Of a stretch of DNA of 64,000 nt, positions 62,908 to 64,000 are shown piece after piece. Made by a program: the position numbers and the translations under genes. This DNA comes from Mobula hypostoma. Lineage: Eukaryota. How positions within the stretch are numbered: the stretch's first letter is position 1; each line of letters opens with the position of its first letter. The notes beneath the pieces are model-generated. The model did not search any database. It worked only from the letters and a program-made list of their open reading frames with translations, and was not told the origin of the DNA. The DNA lies in contig NC_086097.1 of the NCBI RefSeq assembly GCF_963921235.1, positions 120,530,001 through 120,594,000 of the forward strand, written 5' to 3'.

Positions 62908-63723
62908 TGTCATGCTCTCTGTGTTTTCTGCCTTTGTGTTTGCTGTGGGTGTGTTTCCATCAGCTGTGATCAGGTGTGGCTGGCTGGTGTCAATCTCTCA
63001 GCTTCCCTGTAATTACACAGTCGCTGGGTACATTTGATCACCTGCTCTGTCTGTGAGGGCAACAGGAATATGGGTCGTATGGTTTAACCTGAGTCCAGTG
63101 TTTCCACTGGCTGTCTCACAGAGTCTGCATACAGACACAAATGTTTTTTTGTACCATCTGTGGCCCTATACATCTGGGAGCAAACCCTGCCCTTTCAAGC
63201 AGCACCTTTACCATGGCTTCGTCACCCTGCTGTTTCCTGGTAATACATCAACCTATGACTTTCCTGTCTCAGTTATAGCTTTGGCTAAGGCATTCTTGAT
63301 TGTTCAATTCATCTTTTCTACCATTGCTGAACTCTGAGAGTGGTAGGGTACGTGGAACCGCTGTCAAATCCCTAACAGTCAGTATATTTCCTTCATCACT
63401 TTCCCTGTGAAATATGCTCTCTGATACGATTGCACCTGGACTCGGGTTCTCCACCTTGGGATGATTTCCTGAACTAGGATCCCTGTAGCTGTGCCAGCAG
63501 CGCAGTCCCTGGTTGAGTGAAGTTCTCCATAATTGCTAGACAGTAGCTTTTTCCCCTGCTTTTTGGCATGATGTCCCCTTGGCTGTGACTGGTTTGCCAG
63601 CTGTAGCTTTATGCCCTTACCAGGGCTACAATATGCTGGGCACAAATGATACCACAGTGGCAGAATTTCTCAAAATCCCCACCCAACCCTGACCACCACC
63701 AATCCTGCTGGAAGGTTGTGACG
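62908..63723. mobile_element. Possible old solo LTR
   Basis: TGTCATG start and TGTGAC(G) end, E-box-rich; no TSD identified. Confidence 0.35.
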
Positions 63724-64000
63724 ATAAGACAGTAAGACCAGAAGATATAGAAGCAAAATTAGCCATTTAGCCCATCGAGTATCCTCTCCTATTTCATCAT
63801 GGCTGATCCCTTTTCCCTCTCAGCCCCAATTCCCTGCCTTCTCCCCCCCCCACCCCATATCCCTTCATGCTCTGAACAATCAAGAATCTATCAACCTCTA
63901 CCTTATGTATACATACAGACTTGGCCTCCGCACCTGCCTGCAGCAATGAATTCCACAAATTCACCATTCTTTGGCTATAGATAAATTCCTCCTCATTTAT
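63724..64000 (-). mobile_element. CR1 3' end (continues beyond the window)
   Basis: ATAAGAC..TAAGACCAGAAGATATAGAAGCAAAATTAGCCATTTAGCCC tail, similar to 11965. Confidence 0.8.

Noticed and set aside
1..64000. CRISPR array, prokaryotic operon or defence system
   Set aside because: No regularly spaced repeats and no gene-dense architecture; content is vertebrate repeat DNA.

Overview
Eukaryotic, AT-rich, very transposon-dense window. The repeat families point to a vertebrate, most likely a cartilaginous fish such as a ray; this is inferred from the V-SINEs, CR1 (CATAGAAA)n tails and the mix of Rex1/Babar and Penelope copies. I recognise no intact protein-coding gene, rRNA, tRNA or CRISPR array, and nearly every long ORF in the track is a decayed transposon piece. 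Contents: one Tc1 transposon with both TIRs and TA target duplication, five Tc1-derived non-autonomous elements ending in a double-TIR hairpin, many Rex1/Babar-type and CR1 LINE fragments, V-SINEs and RTE-derived SINEs, two decayed Gypsy internal regions and several solo LTRs. About ten Penelope-like termini carry a minimal hammerhead-ribozyme motif. The most notable signals are those hammerhead copies (one is a fold-back head-to-head pair), a possible HDV-like ribozyme remnant in an RTE-derived SINE, a twin-priming-type inversion in a non-L1 LINE, two template-jump scars, and a few repeat-free islands that may be conserved enhancers or exons. Boundaries without a stated TSD or TIR are approximate. 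I see no convincing evidence of a wholly new biological system.
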